Source: Candidatus Latescibacterota bacterium | GTDB taxonomy: Bacteria > Latescibacterota > UBA2968 > SICM01 | DNA: 64,000 nucleotides | Assembly: GCA_965217865.1 (NCBI GenBank) | Contig: CBDCJO010000001.1 | Location: 256,001 to 320,000, forward strand | Reading direction: 5' to 3' | Part shown: positions 63,278 to 64,000 of the stretch, in pieces | How positions within the stretch are numbered: position 1 is the stretch's first letter | How the letters are laid out: each line of letters begins with the position of its first letter | Made by a program: the position numbers and the translations under genes | Notes under the pieces: generated by a model | The model's input: the letters and a program-made list of their open reading frames with translations, nothing else | Databases searched by the model: none | Told to the model about the DNA's origin: nothing

Positions 63278-63511
63278 CCCCGCGCTTGGCTCCGCCATCA
63301 ATGACTCTAAGGTGTTCCTGGACATTCTGATGAGTTCCCCTAAATCTCTGTATTCAAAGGAAGTATTGAACAAACAAGGCTGGTAAGTCACTGTAAGTTT
63401 CGGTTTATTCCGATTATAAATGGGGGGAAGATTGAGGGCGGAACGGAACGGCCATTGTGTGCTTGATAAAGTGCCCACATGATCTTTCCCCTCATATTTA
63501 CCACATCCGCC

Positions 63512-63637
63512 GAAGCGGCGCTGGCGCATGTCATCAAGGACAAGGCCGAGGCGGCCTATGCGCGTTCAGACCTTTTCGACCGCCGCCGCAAACTTATAAA
63601 CGATTGGGCGGCCTATCTTGGGGGGACCGTCGGATGA
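63512..63637 (+). pseudogene. P4-type integrase C-terminal fragment
   Basis: EAALAHVIKDKAEAAYARSDLFDRRRKLINDWAAYLGGTVG*. Confidence 0.9.
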
Positions 63638-64000
63638 ATGAATCCTACGTATGGCTTGACCCGGGCGAAAATGGCAAGTTTAAGAGGGGCAGATATGATT
63701 CCTTTGTTTACGGCGATGAAAAGGAGATCGCGAAGTGGATCAAGAAGTCTGAAACACACACCGCCGCATTGCAAAGCCTTCATGCCTTGTATAAGGCTTG
63801 GGTGGATGACAATCATCCTGTTCAGATCCACTTAAAGATTCTGCGGAAAGACAACAAACCCCTTCTGGACCCGTTGCCTGTTCCGCCTGCCTTGCAGGAG
63901 TGGCGTGATGGCGTCTTTAATCGCACTCGCAAAGCGCCGAAGCGGAAGAGGGGTCCAGACGGTTTTCAGAACGTCCTCCGTGACCGTTCTATCGTGAAGG
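63634..64000 (+). CDS. Hypothetical satellite protein (partial), homolog of 40994-41668
   Basis: ATGA overlap with the int stop; MNESYVWL...WIKKSETHTAALQSL...LPVPPALQEW..RKAPKRKRG..NVLRD; open to the window end. Confidence 0.75.
   Translation, partial: MNESYVWLDPGENGKFKRGRYDSFVYGDEKEIAKWIKKSETHTAALQSLHALYKAWVDDNHPVQIHLKILRKDNKPLLDPLPVPPALQEWRDGVFNRTRKAPKRKRGPDGFQNVLRDRSIVK

Noticed and set aside
37733-64000. Complete prophage or intact integrase
   Set aside because: No structural or lysis genes; every integrase copy in the window is truncated or frameshifted

Overview
The window has two parts. Bases 1-35423 are core chromosome of a high-GC diderm bacterium; dockerin-like/EF-hand proteins, a PL26-like enzyme and DapL are suggestive of Latescibacterota/Poribacteria-like lineages (inference only). 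This part holds rpoB (partial)-rplL-rplJ-rplA-rplK-nusG-secE-tRNA-Trp-rpmG-tRNA-Thr/Gly/Tyr (no tuf), a beta-barrel with an inserted dockerin-like module, ygfZ, an unannotated 42-aa histone-H1-like gene, queA-ispDF-dedA-cysS, a pyrimidine cluster with a split carB, nnr-acpS, dapL-lysA and two tRNA-Ser genes. From 35424 to the end is a mosaic genomic island starting at the tRNA-Ser(GCT) 3' end. It contains several decayed P4-family-integrase satellite-like elements (int-ORF-alpA-primase/DUF3631, terS-like genes) with shared end sequences, IS200 and IS256 relics, and defence cargo: AIPR, a type I R-M system with an embedded hicB-hicA pair, GmrSD and a HEPN-like protein. It also carries a metalloprotease-WD40-dockerin gene behind a candidate structured RNA leader, and many gene fragments. 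All calls come from reading the sequence and recognising motifs; no searches were run.
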